A stretch of DNA of 55,335 nt from contig JTLS01000009.1 of NCBI GenBank assembly GCA_000826855.1, forward strand, positions 1 through 55,335, read 5' to 3'. This stretch comes from Basidioascus undulatus (taxonomy: Eukaryota). The stretch's first letter is position 1; every line of letters begins with the position of its first letter. Below the pieces are notes generated by a model, which worked only from the letters and a program-made list of their open reading frames with translations, was not told the origin of the DNA and made no database searches. The translations under genes and the position numbers were made by a program. Shown here piece after piece: positions 38,301-51,299 of the stretch.

Positions 38301-39298
38301 ACCCAAACACGATAGTCTCGTTCGTCTCGTGGTCGTTGGGCGGTGTGGGGATGCCGGCGATGTTCCAGAGGTCGCCCTTCCATTCGTCGAGGCGGTCGTA
38401 CACGCTGCCGGTGTCGAAGAGGAGGACCTTTGGCGCGCCCTCGATGAGCCAACGGCCATAGAGGAGCTTGACGCCGCGCGACTGCATCGCCTTGAGCGTC
38501 GCGGCCATCGCGGGCGAGTCGGGTTTGATCGCCTCCACCTCCATCGGCGCCGTCTTATACGAGAGCGGGCCGATCAGGCAGTAGCGGTTGCCCTAGCGCG
38601 CGCACAGCGTAAGGGAGATTGTGTTGGGGGAGAGGTGAGCAGCGGGAAGAGACTCACATATTCAGCGCATGTTACAGGCGCTTTTGTCTTGATGACGGTG
38701 TAGATACCGCCGACTATTCACGTCCGTCCATCCCCCCCGTTCGCAGCGTGAGCAACTCAGCACGGAAATTCGAGTCCAGGGCGAAGTTGAGTGTGAATCA
38801 AGCGAGAGCCACCCCGTGCATGAATGAACCTTCCCGCTCCGCTCGCCGCGGCCAGGGGCGGCAGCGCGTATGCTCCAACATCGACCACCCGACCTCCCAG
38901 CATGAAAAAAGTGCTACATGCGAGCTCGATGGGGATGAGGATGAGCGCGCCAGGATGCGAAGCTGCCCGCGCTCGCGAGCGTCCGAATGCGAGAGCGCAA
39001 GGAACCGGGGGATGCGGGGCCATGTCTGCCTAAGAAACGAGCGTCATGCTTGCCGATCACCGCGCCCATCCCAGCGCTGCCTCTCCCTCCCCAGCAGCAT
39101 TCCCTTCCTCCCATACACGGAGAGAGCAACAGGAAGAGAAGAAGGGATGCCACTGACCCTTGTTCGCGACTTCCCATGCGCACCTGCCCCAACGGTTCGC
39201 CCCGTCAGCCCCAAGAAGACGCGCGAAGACGGGTGGGGAGGGACGCACTCGAAGAGGAGGCTGTTGTGCACGTCTCGCCGTATCGGCTGCTCGGACAT
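35361..39298 (-). CDS. GSY1: Glycogen synthase (GT3)
   Basis: [92 protein letters not shown] region; [31 protein letters not shown] tail. Confidence 0.98.
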
Positions 39299-40803
39299 TT
39301 TGGGATACTGGGGTGTAACACTGGGTATGGGGGATTGGGGTTGGGTTGAGGAGGGGAAGGTGCAGGCAGCCGAGTGCAGCACCTGCTGGTGGTCGAAGCG
39401 AGAGAGTGAGAAGAGCGGGGCTCGACGCCTCGTTGCGGAGAGTGCGGGGTGAAGGTCATGCAGGGACGATGATGTCAGTCACCTGATGACGCCTCTGACA
39501 ACCACAGCGCGGCTGTGAAGTATTTCAACATTTAAATAGGCAGGCTTGAGCTTTTGAGAGAGAAGAGAAGCAGTATTTCTTGAAGAAAGTCCCAGAGCGG
39601 GAGCGAAGAGGCAGTGGTCCTCATCTGAAGCTGTGGAAGCGGACGGGCATTCGCGAGCGAGTCAGCAGTTGCCAGAACGATCATCGTCCTCTCGCCAATA
39701 CACCGACCATTCTACACAAAGAAGATGATTGAGAAACCTTGATATAACCTTCAGAGAGGTATCACTGATACCAGAACAAGTAGCTCATTCAAGCAGTAGG
39801 AAGATCGAAGCACACTGGTATCCTCGGAGTTCACAGTGCAGCCGCAGCTTTCGCTCACGTTGCAGTTTGCTCTGCCTGTCCGGCGCATGAACGGCGTTCA
39901 TAGACTTAATAAACAGCTTGCAAATATTCTGATCAATCAAGTTCTCTGGTGGTGAGGAGGGTGTGTTCCTTCCAACAGCTCGCTGCCCCAGCCGCGCCAG
40001 TCACACAACCACCTGAACAACGCTGGAACCGCTGTCCCAATCAACATAACTATACGTTTTACCTGAATTTGCCGGACAATATGCCTAGATATTGCCACCT
40101 TCGTTTGGAGCGGCACTGAGGAAGAACGCAGTCCGCTGCATCACGACGCATCATCTGCCGCGTCTTGTCCCGGCTCGCCGAGTCCCATATATGTGCCAAG
40201 TGGAGCCGCATCAAAAATATAATGTTCAATATTTGAAAAGGTGCTACATTGACAGCCCTCTCCACTGGAGGTGAAAAACAACCACGCGGCCACTCCGCAG
40301 GAACAGACGTGTGGGTAGGAGGTGCACTCCCAGCCTGAAAGAGAAGCGGTGCCTAATGCTTTAACTGTCCACATTCCCTCCGACTTCCCAGATGGGGACC
40401 GGTTGCTCATCCATATGAGGAGCCCATTAAATCTTACCCTCTTAATTGTATCATAAACGGAAGCGAACGACTCGTGCGCTTCCGGGTGAGAGTGGGTAGC
40501 CCAACTTGAGTGCAGCCAACAGCAAGTTGCGTTCAGATAGACAGGCTGTGTACGAGACATGAAACCGAGGGCCGTTACCAGGGCCTGGAAAAAGTCCAGT
40601 CTACAGTTGCAGAAAGGCCTGGGTTGGGCATCAGCAGGGGCCATCAGCATGGGCCAGCCGAATTTGCAACGACACGGCATACAACGACGGCAGCGCGTTC
40701 TTGGTCCTGCCCCTGCCGCAGAGCTAAGATTGCGCCTTTCCTTTTCATGTAAATTATGGTTTATTCCTTATAGCCCCCTCTACGCTGTCACGCTCAGCAG
40801 CGA

Positions 40804-41647
40804 TCAGACCTCCCCCCCCTCCACTTGGACCATCCAGGACATGGGAGAGTGTACGCGCGAGAGCCCCGAGTAGACGCTCGAGCTCGAGGGCGTTGACCAT
40901 GCGTGCTGAGCGGCAGCCTCCGCGAGAAGCTTGTACCAGGGCTGATAGCGCCTGATCATCTTCTCGCGCTCGGTCGCGAGATTGAGGATGGCGTGGACGC
41001 CCAGCTTCTGCTCGTCTTCCGTCTCGAAGCCGTCGAGCGGGTGCACGAAAAGCATCCTGTAGGCGCCCACGAGCCAGTTGCGAAGGCCGACCTCGCGCGC
41101 GAGAAGGACAATCTTCATGGGTCCTTGGTCGTGGTGCGTTGCAGGTACAGGCTCTCGTACCGCTCCATGCTGTACTCCAGCTGGACCGGCATGTCGTACA
41201 GCGTCGAAAGACGAAGGATGCCGACGAGCTGAGATTCGGACGGATGAGAAAGCTCGGCGTAGCTATGGACTGGAGAGTGTAAATGAGATGGCCAAGGATG
41301 TGCTGGCTGCGAGAAAGTTTCCTACTCAGTGAACTCACGATCCGTACAGCGCAAACATCAGCGCTTCAAACTCGCCCGCCTTCACCCACTTCGGCAGGAT
41401 GACCGGGTCATCGTCCGTCGCACCCTGAGGGATATCCGCTCCGAGCGCGAACATGCCTTTGAAAACATGCTAGGCGTTGATCAGGCGGGACAAATGAACG
41501 CGGAAGAGGACATTCTGAACCTGGAAGGTGAGTTTGCTAGTCAGTGACCATGCCTTGCCGGACAATCCGACAGAACCACTGCTTGCTGACGAAGAAGACG
41601 ACGTTGCCGTCGAAAAAGTAGAAGCCGTCCGAGCGTAGAGGTGGCAT
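40804..41647 (-). pseudogene. BTB/POZ-domain protein, disrupted
   Basis: MPPLRSDGFYFFDGNVVF|VQNVLFRVHLSRLINA*HVFKGMF (TAG 41470-41472) ..GATDDDPVILP..FEALMFALY; LVGILRLSTLYDMP..KDP, then a frameshift at ~41118 into MKIVLLAREVGLRNWLVGAY. Confidence 0.8.
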
Positions 41648-42211
41648 CCTGGCCGCTGGTGGTGATGGGATCACCGTTAGATTCTTTATGGATGGGCAGA
41701 AGAGGGGACGTGGTAGTAAAAGACCAAATGAGCGGGGGAGGAATCTAAGCTCCTCAAGGTCCCCATGGTAAGATTGCATCCGCAAACTCGTTGTGAGAAC
41801 GGTTATGGGTCACTGCGAGTCGTGGTGTGCAGCTCGGCTTACACGTTGCATCTTACCACTCTCTATGGGCCATGCACGCAGTGCGACGAACGGCAGCAAA
41901 ACAACACGCTTTACTCAATCGCTCTGTACCCCACCATGTAGTATGTTTTTGGGCTTGCTGTGTCCGCACGCGACAGACTGCGAAAAGAACATATATCTTG
42001 CAGTCCGCAAATTGACTTTGAGAATGCAAACACCATCATCTTCGCTGCATATGAGTGCAGCAAAATGTGCGAAGGCGCCTTGCGCAGGCGAGTAAGAAAA
42101 ATGGCGGCCAGGGGCACACGCCGACTCGACATAGACCCGGTAATGGAGGAGGGGAACGTGTGGTTGTAACTAAGAGAGCGGAGGGTCCGCGAGAAAGATT
42201 GCAACTGCTGC

Positions 42212-43671
42212 TCACGTCGTGCTCGCCGTCGCCGTGCTCTCGACCGCCTCCTCCTCCACGACCGCCTCCTCCTCCACGACCGCCTCCGTCGCCGCAGCCG
42301 CCTCCTGCGCGCTCACGCTGCTCGTCCTCCTCCTCAGTACGCCAGTCTCCGCCACGCGCCCGCTCTGGCTGCCACGCCTGCTCTGTATCCCTCCGAGCGC
42401 ATCCTCGCTCGCAAAGCTGGTGCTCAGGCTGGGCGGGGGCACGGACGGGTAGGGCAGCGACGCGGGCCCCGTGAAAGTCGTGCCGGGCGAGGGGGACGTG
42501 AGGGCTGTGCTGGAGCTCGCAGGGAAAGGGGGCGGGGAGAAGAGGGTTGTGGGCGATTCGGAGGGGGTGACAAGCGAGGAGGACGGGGAAGACGAATGCG
42601 GAGTGGGGAGGTTCGAGGACGAGCTGGATTTGGGGGTCGCGCGCCGCGGGAGGTGCGAGGATGAGCGAGGAATCGCGATGCCTTGTTGCTGCGAGAAGGA
42701 CCCCGCGCGCGGGCCCGGTCCTGAGCGGGAGGAACGGCCGGGCGATTCGGGCTCAGAACGAAGACCTATTAGATCGTCGAGCGGGAGGTTGAGCTGCAGA
42801 CGAGGTTGGGGAAAAGGTGAGCCTTATTGGAATGGTTAGGAAGGATGCAGCCACCGTACCCTGCGTCGGAGCTCGATCAGCTCGGAGCGGTAGATGTCGT
42901 TCAGCCGGACCAAGCGCAAGTACGAGTTCTCGGACTCCGTCCTATCACCCTCCACAGTGCGATCAGTACGCTCACCTCCAACGTGCGCTCGAAGCAAAGC
43001 ATACAGACTCACACTCTCGCCCTCAGCTGTTCGTTCTCCGTCCTGAGCGCTTCCACTGCGCGCTCAAGCCCAACCCCACCCGACGAGACCGCACCGTTGA
43101 GCTCGCGTTCGCGCTCTCTGTCGCGCCGGAGCGCCTCGAGCTCGCGCTGCAAGCGCAGGACGGCCGCCTCCGACTCGGCCTCGAGCGCGTTTTCTAGCTG
43201 GATCTTCTCCTCGCGGAGCTGCGGCGCATGACAGAGTAGGACAGTCAGACGGCTGGATGAGCGGGACGGTGGGCGGACTTACCCGCTCAAGCTTACGGTT
43301 GAGGAGGTTGGTAATCTGCTCTTGCTCGGCTTCGTATACCTGCATGTGACGTGGAGAGCATCAGTCTCACATTCTTATCGACCAGCATGGGCCACGTCCA
43401 GCAGGAGCCGCAGCATCCGAGCCTTTCACCCAGTCACGATTGCAGGCCACCAGCGCCGGTGGACCTCCATGAGCCCGAGCAGGACGACTGTCAAGCACTC
43501 AAAGTTTCCACCACCCACACCGCCTCTTTGAGCAGCGCCCGAACTCACATTAATGAGGTGCTGCTCGTGCTCCTTCTCCGCACTGCTCATCCTCCGGACG
43601 GACGGACGCGGCGCCGGTGGGCTGCTGAAGTCGGTCGTGGAGCGCAGCGGGGAGCTGTTGCGGTAGGTCAT
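42212..43671 (-). CDS. Coiled-coil protein, CCDC6/DUF2046-like
   Basis: MTYRNSSP..SSAEKEHEQHLIN|VYEAEQEQITNLLNRKLER|LREEKIQLENALEAESEAAVLRLQREL, followed by a Ser/Pro-rich tail with GRVAETG. An 18-bp repeat at ~42241-42287 encodes EAVVEE. Confidence 0.7.
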
Positions 43672-43825
43672 AGCTGGGTGTTGTCAATAACTTGGAAAAT
43701 ACCGCGGAGAGCGGGCTGGTGGTGGTCGGTGGGCAAGTTGTGTCGACAAGGTGCGGATAGGCGATACGCGACGGCACGGGAACGCGGGAGGGTTCCGTCG
43801 ACCTCCGCGGTTGGGCTCGTGCTTG

Positions 43826-43852
43826 GCCTGCCCAAGCCTGCCCAAGCCTGCC
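43826..43852. repeat. Short tandem repeat (GCCTGCCCAA) x2.7
   Basis: gcctgcccaa gcctgcccaa gcctgcc, ~155 bp upstream of the 43671 ATG. Confidence 0.8.
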
Positions 43853-46800
43853 AGTGTCTTCAGCGAATAACGTCCTTTCACTCCAGACCTTCATAAACAT
43901 GCCAGATACTTCAATGCCGAGGGTGTATGTTTGCTGTTTCGACGCCTCTGATTGTCCTATGCAGCTGCTCCCTGTCACCGACAGGACCCTACCGCGGACC
44001 TCTGGGCGAGGTTCTCATCCGCAGCCTCAACCTCTAGACCTTTCTCCGGGTTCACAAGCACTTCTCTCTATGTGTGCCCAGCAGTATCCCTAGCTTTGTG
44101 GTGTATCATAGAGGCTCGAGCCTTCATTATTTTGGTCCGCTCGATATATGCGACGTGGATCAGCCAACCCAACTATCAGGCCTCCGTACGCTCTTCAATC
44201 GATTGCTAATCGATTGCTCTATCACCAAACGGACATACCGGACAATTTAGGGGAAAAAAAACGAGAATGTGTACAGGGATGCGAACGCCCGCCGTCAGTC
44301 TGGCCTGTACATTCCCTTCCAGGGTACTAGCCACCGAATTTGGTCCCAAAACAGCCTGTCGAGCATGCGCATGCCGTCTTCATCTAGCGGTTCCTCTAGC
44401 GGTTCCTTTCGATTATTTCGCAAATCTTTGGCCTTCAGAACCACTCCATAGCACATGTAATCAACCTTCCACCTCTGGCTGCCCTCGCGTCAGGGACTTT
44501 CACGCGTAAATGCAGAACCGGTACCTCACGCTTTCGTGCGCTCCGAGGGCAGCCGCGCCTCGCGTATCTGGCTTCCAGTCACTATCTGTCGTTAAAGGAG
44601 CTTGGGGTTACCAGAAGCATCCGACTATGACCTACGCTTCGAAAGGGTGGGCCTTTGTCGAAGCTGAAGGAACCGCGATCCACCCCCACTGCCATGAAAG
44701 ATTTGGCCGCAAGATTGCTTGAGATGCGCATGAGTAGCCATGAATAAAGCGCAGAGGCTCTTTATGATGTTTTCGATTTGCTATAGTTTCGGCGTGTAGC
44801 CGAGCCGCTTTCAACAATGGCGAGGCAGAATGACTGCCAGAAACGAGGCCTCAGCTAGTCGTTCAACATTATTGGTCTCACTTTTCATGAGAAACACGCG
44901 ACCCTCAGGAGGATATTCGGCTGCTTCAAAATATCTTTGACCACTGTAACATTGAAATGTTGAGACCGGCAGTCTCTATGCGCCCACGCCGACTTTGTAA
45001 CTAGTACTCCATTCGCGATAGTGAAAATCTTGACACCTGTCACCTCAGTCACCGGACCTGATATCCCTTACAGAGTCTCATAGAATATCCTCAATTTGTA
45101 TCATAGCAGCCATCCAGACCCTGTCCTTCGAGAAGCATTAGTAGTGAGACCGAGCGCAGTCTGCCGGACTCTCAGGACGTTACCCACTTGCTGTCTAATA
45201 CGAGAGCCATTAAATCTTCCCTGGACCATTATACAGTACGTGATTCCCTATTTGATGATACAGACACTGCATGACTCATGTCCTCAATACTCCATCGGAG
45301 CCCCCAGGCGTCGACGAACGCGGCGCAGCGACTTTCACTGCCCGTTTCTGAACGGCTTTTGATGACCTAGCTTTTCCTCACAAACCGTCCACCGGAGCAG
45401 TCTCCTCCGTCCTTTGTCGGGCGCCGGCGACTTCACCCGGCCCTGATCTACCAGTCTGAACTTGAACTTTCGTTTGAATCTCACTGACACCGAGGCAGAG
45501 GGCCGTCCCACCATTCCCTCGTGCTGTCGCTGAGGGCGACGATCAGGTCTCTCTTTTACCCGACCCCACTTGAGCGTTTAAACGTGTCCGGCACAGATCG
45601 GAGCGATGTTTACGGCGGCAGAACGGCTTGCTCGTCATGTATTTGGTCGTCGTCACCATGCACTGCGTGAAGGTGAAAGTGCTGGGAGGGTGCGTGGTGC
45701 GTGTTTGTGTGCGGTGTTAGAAAAGTAAGGATCGCGCTTGTAGTTGCCTGTCCCTGAGCATTTCCAACCTTTTATTGCAGGGCAATTCCTGCAAGCCCAG
45801 TTACATCAAGCCGGCGGCGGTCGGACACACAGGCAGCAGCGTTCTGAGTTCGATGTTAAAATTGCGGTCCACAGGCACAGCATGCTTTCTTCGGACGCGA
45901 GGCGCCTGGCGCGGCCAAAACGGCAACAAGGGTGTGTGCGCATGCGGGCGGGGCGACTTTCTCGAGCTTGTCGGGTGGCTTGATCGTGTCCAGGTCTTCG
46001 ACATGTTGCACGCTTGACGCGCTGAACGCGGCTTCCGTTTGAGGCTGCGGGCGCGGGGCGTCATGAAACTGGAGGGCTGTGCAGCGGTGACCGCATTCCA
46101 AACTCGCCGCCTGGCACGTACGAAATGGCTAGTGAGGAACACAACGGTGAAGACGAAGATGGGGGTGAAAAGACGGCGCGCTGCTGGCCGGATGCAGAGA
46201 CAGTCGCCTGCGCTAAGGCTAGTAGACTGCTACAGAACGGTCGTGAAGCGTTCAAGTGGAGCCGAGCGCCGACGGCAGTTTGGCAGGCGAAATGGTCTCA
46301 AATCAGCCACTCGATCTTACGGCGCGATCGGGCCGGTACGACCGACATGAATTCCCAAGGCCAATTCACTTGTTTTTGTATTGTAATTGTATTGCAGTGC
46401 CGTGTCAATCCTATTTTTCGGCCCGAGCAGTGAAATGCGGAAAAGGACGTTCACCCCACACCAGGCCCTTAGCGTCTGGAGGGCCCCCGCGCTTGCCCCG
46501 CGCTTTTCACAATCGCTTTCCCCGCCGAGGACATTGGTCCCCACATTCGAAGACGGTGCCCATCATCTCAGAGCCCAGCGCGCCCATTCCCAACGGTGAG
46601 CACGAAGCAAGCGATGGGCAGTCTGACGGTCCACTGATTTTATGTCTCTGTGGCCGCCGTGCGCGCCTGTCAGCCGTCGCCCGGTCCTGGCCGCACCCCC
46701 TCTCGCTTGTCTTTCAAACTCCCGCTACTGGTCTGCTCAGGGTCCTTTCCCCTCCCCCTTCGCTATCAGCCCTCGCTCCCCCCGCCGACCCTTTCCCAAA

Positions 46801-46864
46801 TCCTTGTCCACCACCGCCCACCAAGTGCACACCGAACCCCTCACCTTTACCGAAACCAACGAGG

Positions 46865-48978
46865 ATGCCGACGGCGAGCTTCTACATCTCGCACCATCCG
46901 CCACCGTCCAACACGCTCTCCACGTCCGCCCCCCGCGTCAAGCAGGAAGGCTTCGACGTCCCCTCCTCCGCCACCCCCACGCCCAGCAACACCTTCGTAG
47001 ACCCCACCATGCTCCACCTCCTCAACGGCGCCGCAGCAGCCGGCCAGCAGCACCACCACCACCAGCAACACCACCACCACCCGCATCAGCACCACCAGAA
47101 CGTCGGCTGGAGGCCCGGCGGCGAGAGCCAGGGCAGCCTCGACTTTGGCGAGACGCTTGAGAGCATGATGAACGGCGACACCGACTGGATGAACGTGAGT
47201 CTTTCTCTCCTCTCGACATCTTATTGGGCAGGTTCGGGTGTAGGTATGCCGGAGATCCGAGCGTCTGCGGACGGTACCATGGCTGCCTTTTGCCTGTCCT
47301 TTCTCCTGCCTGATGCCAGGCTGTCACACTTCGTTGGACGTATCCAGCACTGATGTATCTTGATCGAGTTGCGCCTCGTCGTTCCCGCTCATCGCACGCC
47401 TCACCACCCTTCGTCGACTTCGAACTGACCTTCCGACCCTCCCCTCTCTCAGCACCCCGACCCCTTCGCCAACTTCCAACAGCACCACGCACACCCGCAT
47501 TCGAACGCTCACCCGCCAAGCCAGCCGGGGCCGTCCCCGCACCCGATCCACTTCTCGCCGCTCTCCGGCCGCGCGCCCGGCCCTCCCTCCGCCTTCTCGC
47601 TCCCCAACCCTGGCACCGCCGCGGCCGCGCACAGCCCATACGCCTTCTCGCCACACGCGACGACCGCCGCGACGCCCAAAGACGGCGGCGATGCGGACTC
47701 GCCCGCGACGGGCACGGCGTCGGACGACTTTGTCTTTGACCCGCCGACGTCCGGCGACTTTGCGTCAGGCCTCGGCGACACGCCCGCGACGAGCGTGGCA
47801 GGTTTGCCGGGCGGGACGGGCAGCGGCGGCGAGAACGACGCGAAGAGTCCGACGGCGACGTCGGCGTCGGGTGGCGGCAAGCGTGACCGTTCCACGAGCC
47901 GAGTCGGCAAGGCGCCGTCCACGCGCTCGCGGGCCTCGCGCTCGTCCATCTCTGGCCCGAGCCCCGCGGCACCGACCATGCCCCTCCCCGCGCAGGCCAT
48001 CTTCATCCCCTCCTCCGCGCCACCGACCGTCGCGAGCCCGTGGGGCTTCCACGGCAACAGCTTCCCCGGCTCGAGCTTCGTGCAGAGCCCGACCGCCGGT
48101 CCCGGCAGCTTCCCGGGAGGGAGCAGCTTCCCCGGCGGCGGTGAAGACGACGTGAGCAAGCAGTGAGTCGCCAAGCGATTGATCGATCGAGCGATCGAGC
48201 GAGAGTCGGTCAGTGTAGGCTGACGAGCCAGAGCGATGGTCGGGTCCGACAGAGCGGCGGCCCTCTCCGAGAAGCGTCGGCGCCGGCGGGAGTCGCACAA
48301 CGCGGTCGAGCGGCGCAGGCGCGACAACATCAACGAGAAGATCGCCGAGCTCGCGACGCTCCTGCCAGAGGTCCTCCTCTCCGACACGGCGACGCCGCAG
48401 ACGCCCGCCAAGACGCTCGAGGGCGAGGACGACGACGAGGGGAACGGCAGCGGCCTGCGCACCGTCGACGAGGCTGGCGGCACGGGCAAGGGCGCGAACC
48501 AGCAGGGAAAGCCAAACAAGGGCGTCATTCTCCGCAAGAGCGTGGACTACATCCGGTTCGCCTCTGTTCCTCCTTCATTCTTCCTACCCCTCACTCGTTG
48601 TTCTCCATCAAATGAGCGACCAAGCGACTCACAATGCGCTCCACCCGCCCACCTAACAGATACCTACAGCAGCTCGTCCAAGTCCAAGCAGCGCGAACGC
48701 GCGAGCTCGAAGCCGAAGTCGAGTTCTTCCGCTCCTCCAACCCTTCCGCCGTGCCTCCTCCCGCGTCCTCCGCGGGCGCGAACGCCGCCGGTGGGAGCAG
48801 CAGCAGCGGGCTGATGCTGTCGTTCGACGGGCCCGCCGACGAGCGCGTGGGCCGGAGCGCAGACCGCCTCCCGCCGTCCGGCCAGCGCGAGATGAGCGCG
48901 AGCGCGCTGAGCGAGGGCGACGGCGAGGACAAGCTCCTCGCACCTCGCAGCGGGACGCTGGAACGCATGGAGGAGTGA
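46865..48978 (+). CDS. bHLH-ZIP transcription factor (TFEB/MITF/Rtg3-like)
   Basis: EKRRRRRESHNAVERRRRDNINEKIAELATLLPE..KPNKGVILRKSVDYIR|YLQQLVQVQAARTRELE, with a His/Gln tract near the N-terminus. Introns at ~47195-47452, ~48163-48251 and ~48556-48659. Confidence 0.92.
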
Positions 48979-50651
48979 CCGCCAGCTGCCGCTGTTGTTA
49001 TACGGAAGGGGAAGGAGGAGAAGGAAGGGAAAACGTACCCTGCCTGCCTACGACATCGCACGAGCTCGCTGGATCTTCCTTCTCCTTTCTCCTTTCTCGT
49101 CTCCCTTCTCCCCGCCTCGTTCGTACCGACCCACCTGCTTGACTACCCATTCCACGCCGTAGTTGTTGTATCAGCCCCCGATTGCTTCGTTACGATTTCG
49201 TTTTTCTTCTTTGCTTCCGACGTCATGATCTCTCCACATCTTTGTTTCTCTCTCTGTTCGTTCCCGATGCTCTGTTTACCCCGTTCGATTCCCACTCCCT
49301 CGGCTTTGCCCCAATCTCGTCTTTTTCTCTCCCCGCCCCCGTTCCGTTGAACTCACACTGTACTTCTAGTAGTAGCCTTGATCGAGCTTTGCGATGATGA
49401 CGAATTGAATGGCGATGTTGCCTGCCTGTTCTGCGGGGTCATGTGTCGTCGTGTGAGTGTGGGAGCGGGTGAGCGCAGCGAGAGATGGAGGCGGGAAGGC
49501 GAGGAGAGGGACTCGTACCCAAATTTGGCTGTCGTTCTGGATAAGGATGGGGAAGAGAATGATTTAGTGGCGGGAAAGAGATAGTGGACTCACCTGATGG
49601 TATTGTCACGCGCCTCGGGGCGTTGATAGCATGCCTGGGCGAGAGTGCCCATAAGGTCCTCGCCAGCGTGGAGGGCAAAGCCCGCGGACCAACGTGCGTT
49701 TTCCATGATGATAGGGCATATGTGGGTGAGGATGAAGGGGGAGGACGAACGAGGCTGAAGGGAACAGCAGACCTGTACGAAAGATGAAAAGCATGTGAAA
49801 GCTGGCAGCAGCGAGCACGAGGGCGTGTTTGCGCCCTGCGCCCTGTCATGTGAAGACTGCTCGCCTCTTTACCATGGTCGTGTGAGGTCCTGAGCTTTGC
49901 TGCCCGCCCACTTCAACTGGCGGGATACGGCCTATTCGAGTGACACCCTGGCGTGTGATTAAGAGAGGCGAGCGACATCTGACTGGAACTTTTCAAAAGG
50001 CGCGGGTGGACCGGTGCGCGTGATGCGGGGCCTGCGAGTCGATGGAGGATCATGAGGGGTCTCTTCAATCTCCACACTCGGTTCCTTAGGAAAAAAGTGG
50101 CTCGACCCCTATCAACGTCGGATCTTTCCAGAGTTCGAGAAGGACGGTCGCGATGCGCTGGGTCGATCGTTGCGCATCAAACTCGCCGCTGCCCCTCGAA
50201 TTTTCCCATTCCCTTGCAATGATGAACCCGCCGCTTGCGATATCAGACCAGGGTATCGACAAGCGCTTAATCTTCAAAATGCCCTTCTGTACTGTCGGCT
50301 TATTCATAGAAATATTGACGAGGTATAGGGATTCAGTTACGCACGCTGCCACGCCCCGCTTTCATCTTCACAGTTTGAGAAGCCTGGCCAATTCTCATTA
50401 ATCAACTGTGTTCCTTGGCAAGATTCGTGTGCTCGTTTATAAAATGCTGACCAAGCGTGGTCAGCGTCCTCCCCTGTCATTCACCCAGGCTACGTTCTTG
50501 GACGCACTTACGGGCCAATCTTCCCAACGGAACTGCTTCATCCTGACGTTCCTTGCTTCTTATTCTGTTTCAAAGGATTTATAGGGGGAATTAAATCTTT
50601 TCCATGTATCTCCGCAGATATTCTAGACGAAAGGAAGCGAAGAGGTCTGAA

Positions 50652-50683
50652 GCATGACAAGGTGTCTTCATACCTTGTCATGC
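50652..50683. other. Perfect inverted repeat (12-bp stem, 8-nt loop)
   Basis: GCATGACAAGGT-gtcttcat-ACCTTGTCATGC. Confidence 0.85.
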
Positions 50684-51299
50684 ATGTCTGCGTCCGTGAA
50701 CTATAATTTATCCTACTCGATAAATCGATTCGGTCCAGCTCTGTCTCTCTGTCTCTGCTGACACAACCTGCGCTTACTGCAGGAACAAAGCATATTCTAT
50801 CCTTCGCCCAAGTATTGGAAGATAACGCGTCTGACTTGCATTCATTTATGGCACTTCACCTAGGCGGTCATCTGTGCACCGCCCTTTGACTAACTTTCGG
50901 GAAGCTCAAGCTGCCCAGCTCGCTTCTCTTGGATTTGACCGTATCGCTTACATGAGGATCCGAGGAATAGATTTAGTCGAAAAGCTTGCCTGGTCTGAGC
51001 TAATCCTGGTTGCTTTTCGAGCCATAGACGACGTGCAGACTTTGCAGCACCTGAACTCACATTCCGTGGCCGACACTTAAGCTGCGTTTCGGGGACTGAC
51101 TCCGACTCGGACGGACACGCCCACGAGCGTCAGTCTCTTGCCTTTGGACCGCCACCTTCCTTGCCCGATCGCATCCTACACTTTCGACGGCAACCTCTTC
51201 GAGCTGCGCTCCAATGCCGATCAAATTTGATATCGAGACGGTGACCGCCGCTCAGAAAATGTTCGACGTGTTCAGTCCTACGCAGAAGCCTGAGTCGGG

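Noticed and set aside
39500..40750. ORFs between glycogen synthase and the BTB relic
   Set aside because: No recognisable domain or coherent splice pattern.
44000..46860. Short ORFs and the long 46256 upstream extension of the bHLH ORF
   Set aside because: No recognisable homology. This is more likely promoter and 5' UTR, with the start at 46865.
47022..48537. Long Arg/Ala-rich antisense ORFs here and opposite other genes
   Set aside because: Shadow ORFs are expected from high-GC codon usage of the real genes.
50623..50683. Helitron 3' end (hairpin plus CTAG)
   Set aside because: The spacing is ~25 nt, the base after CTAG is not T, and no RepHel remnants are visible.
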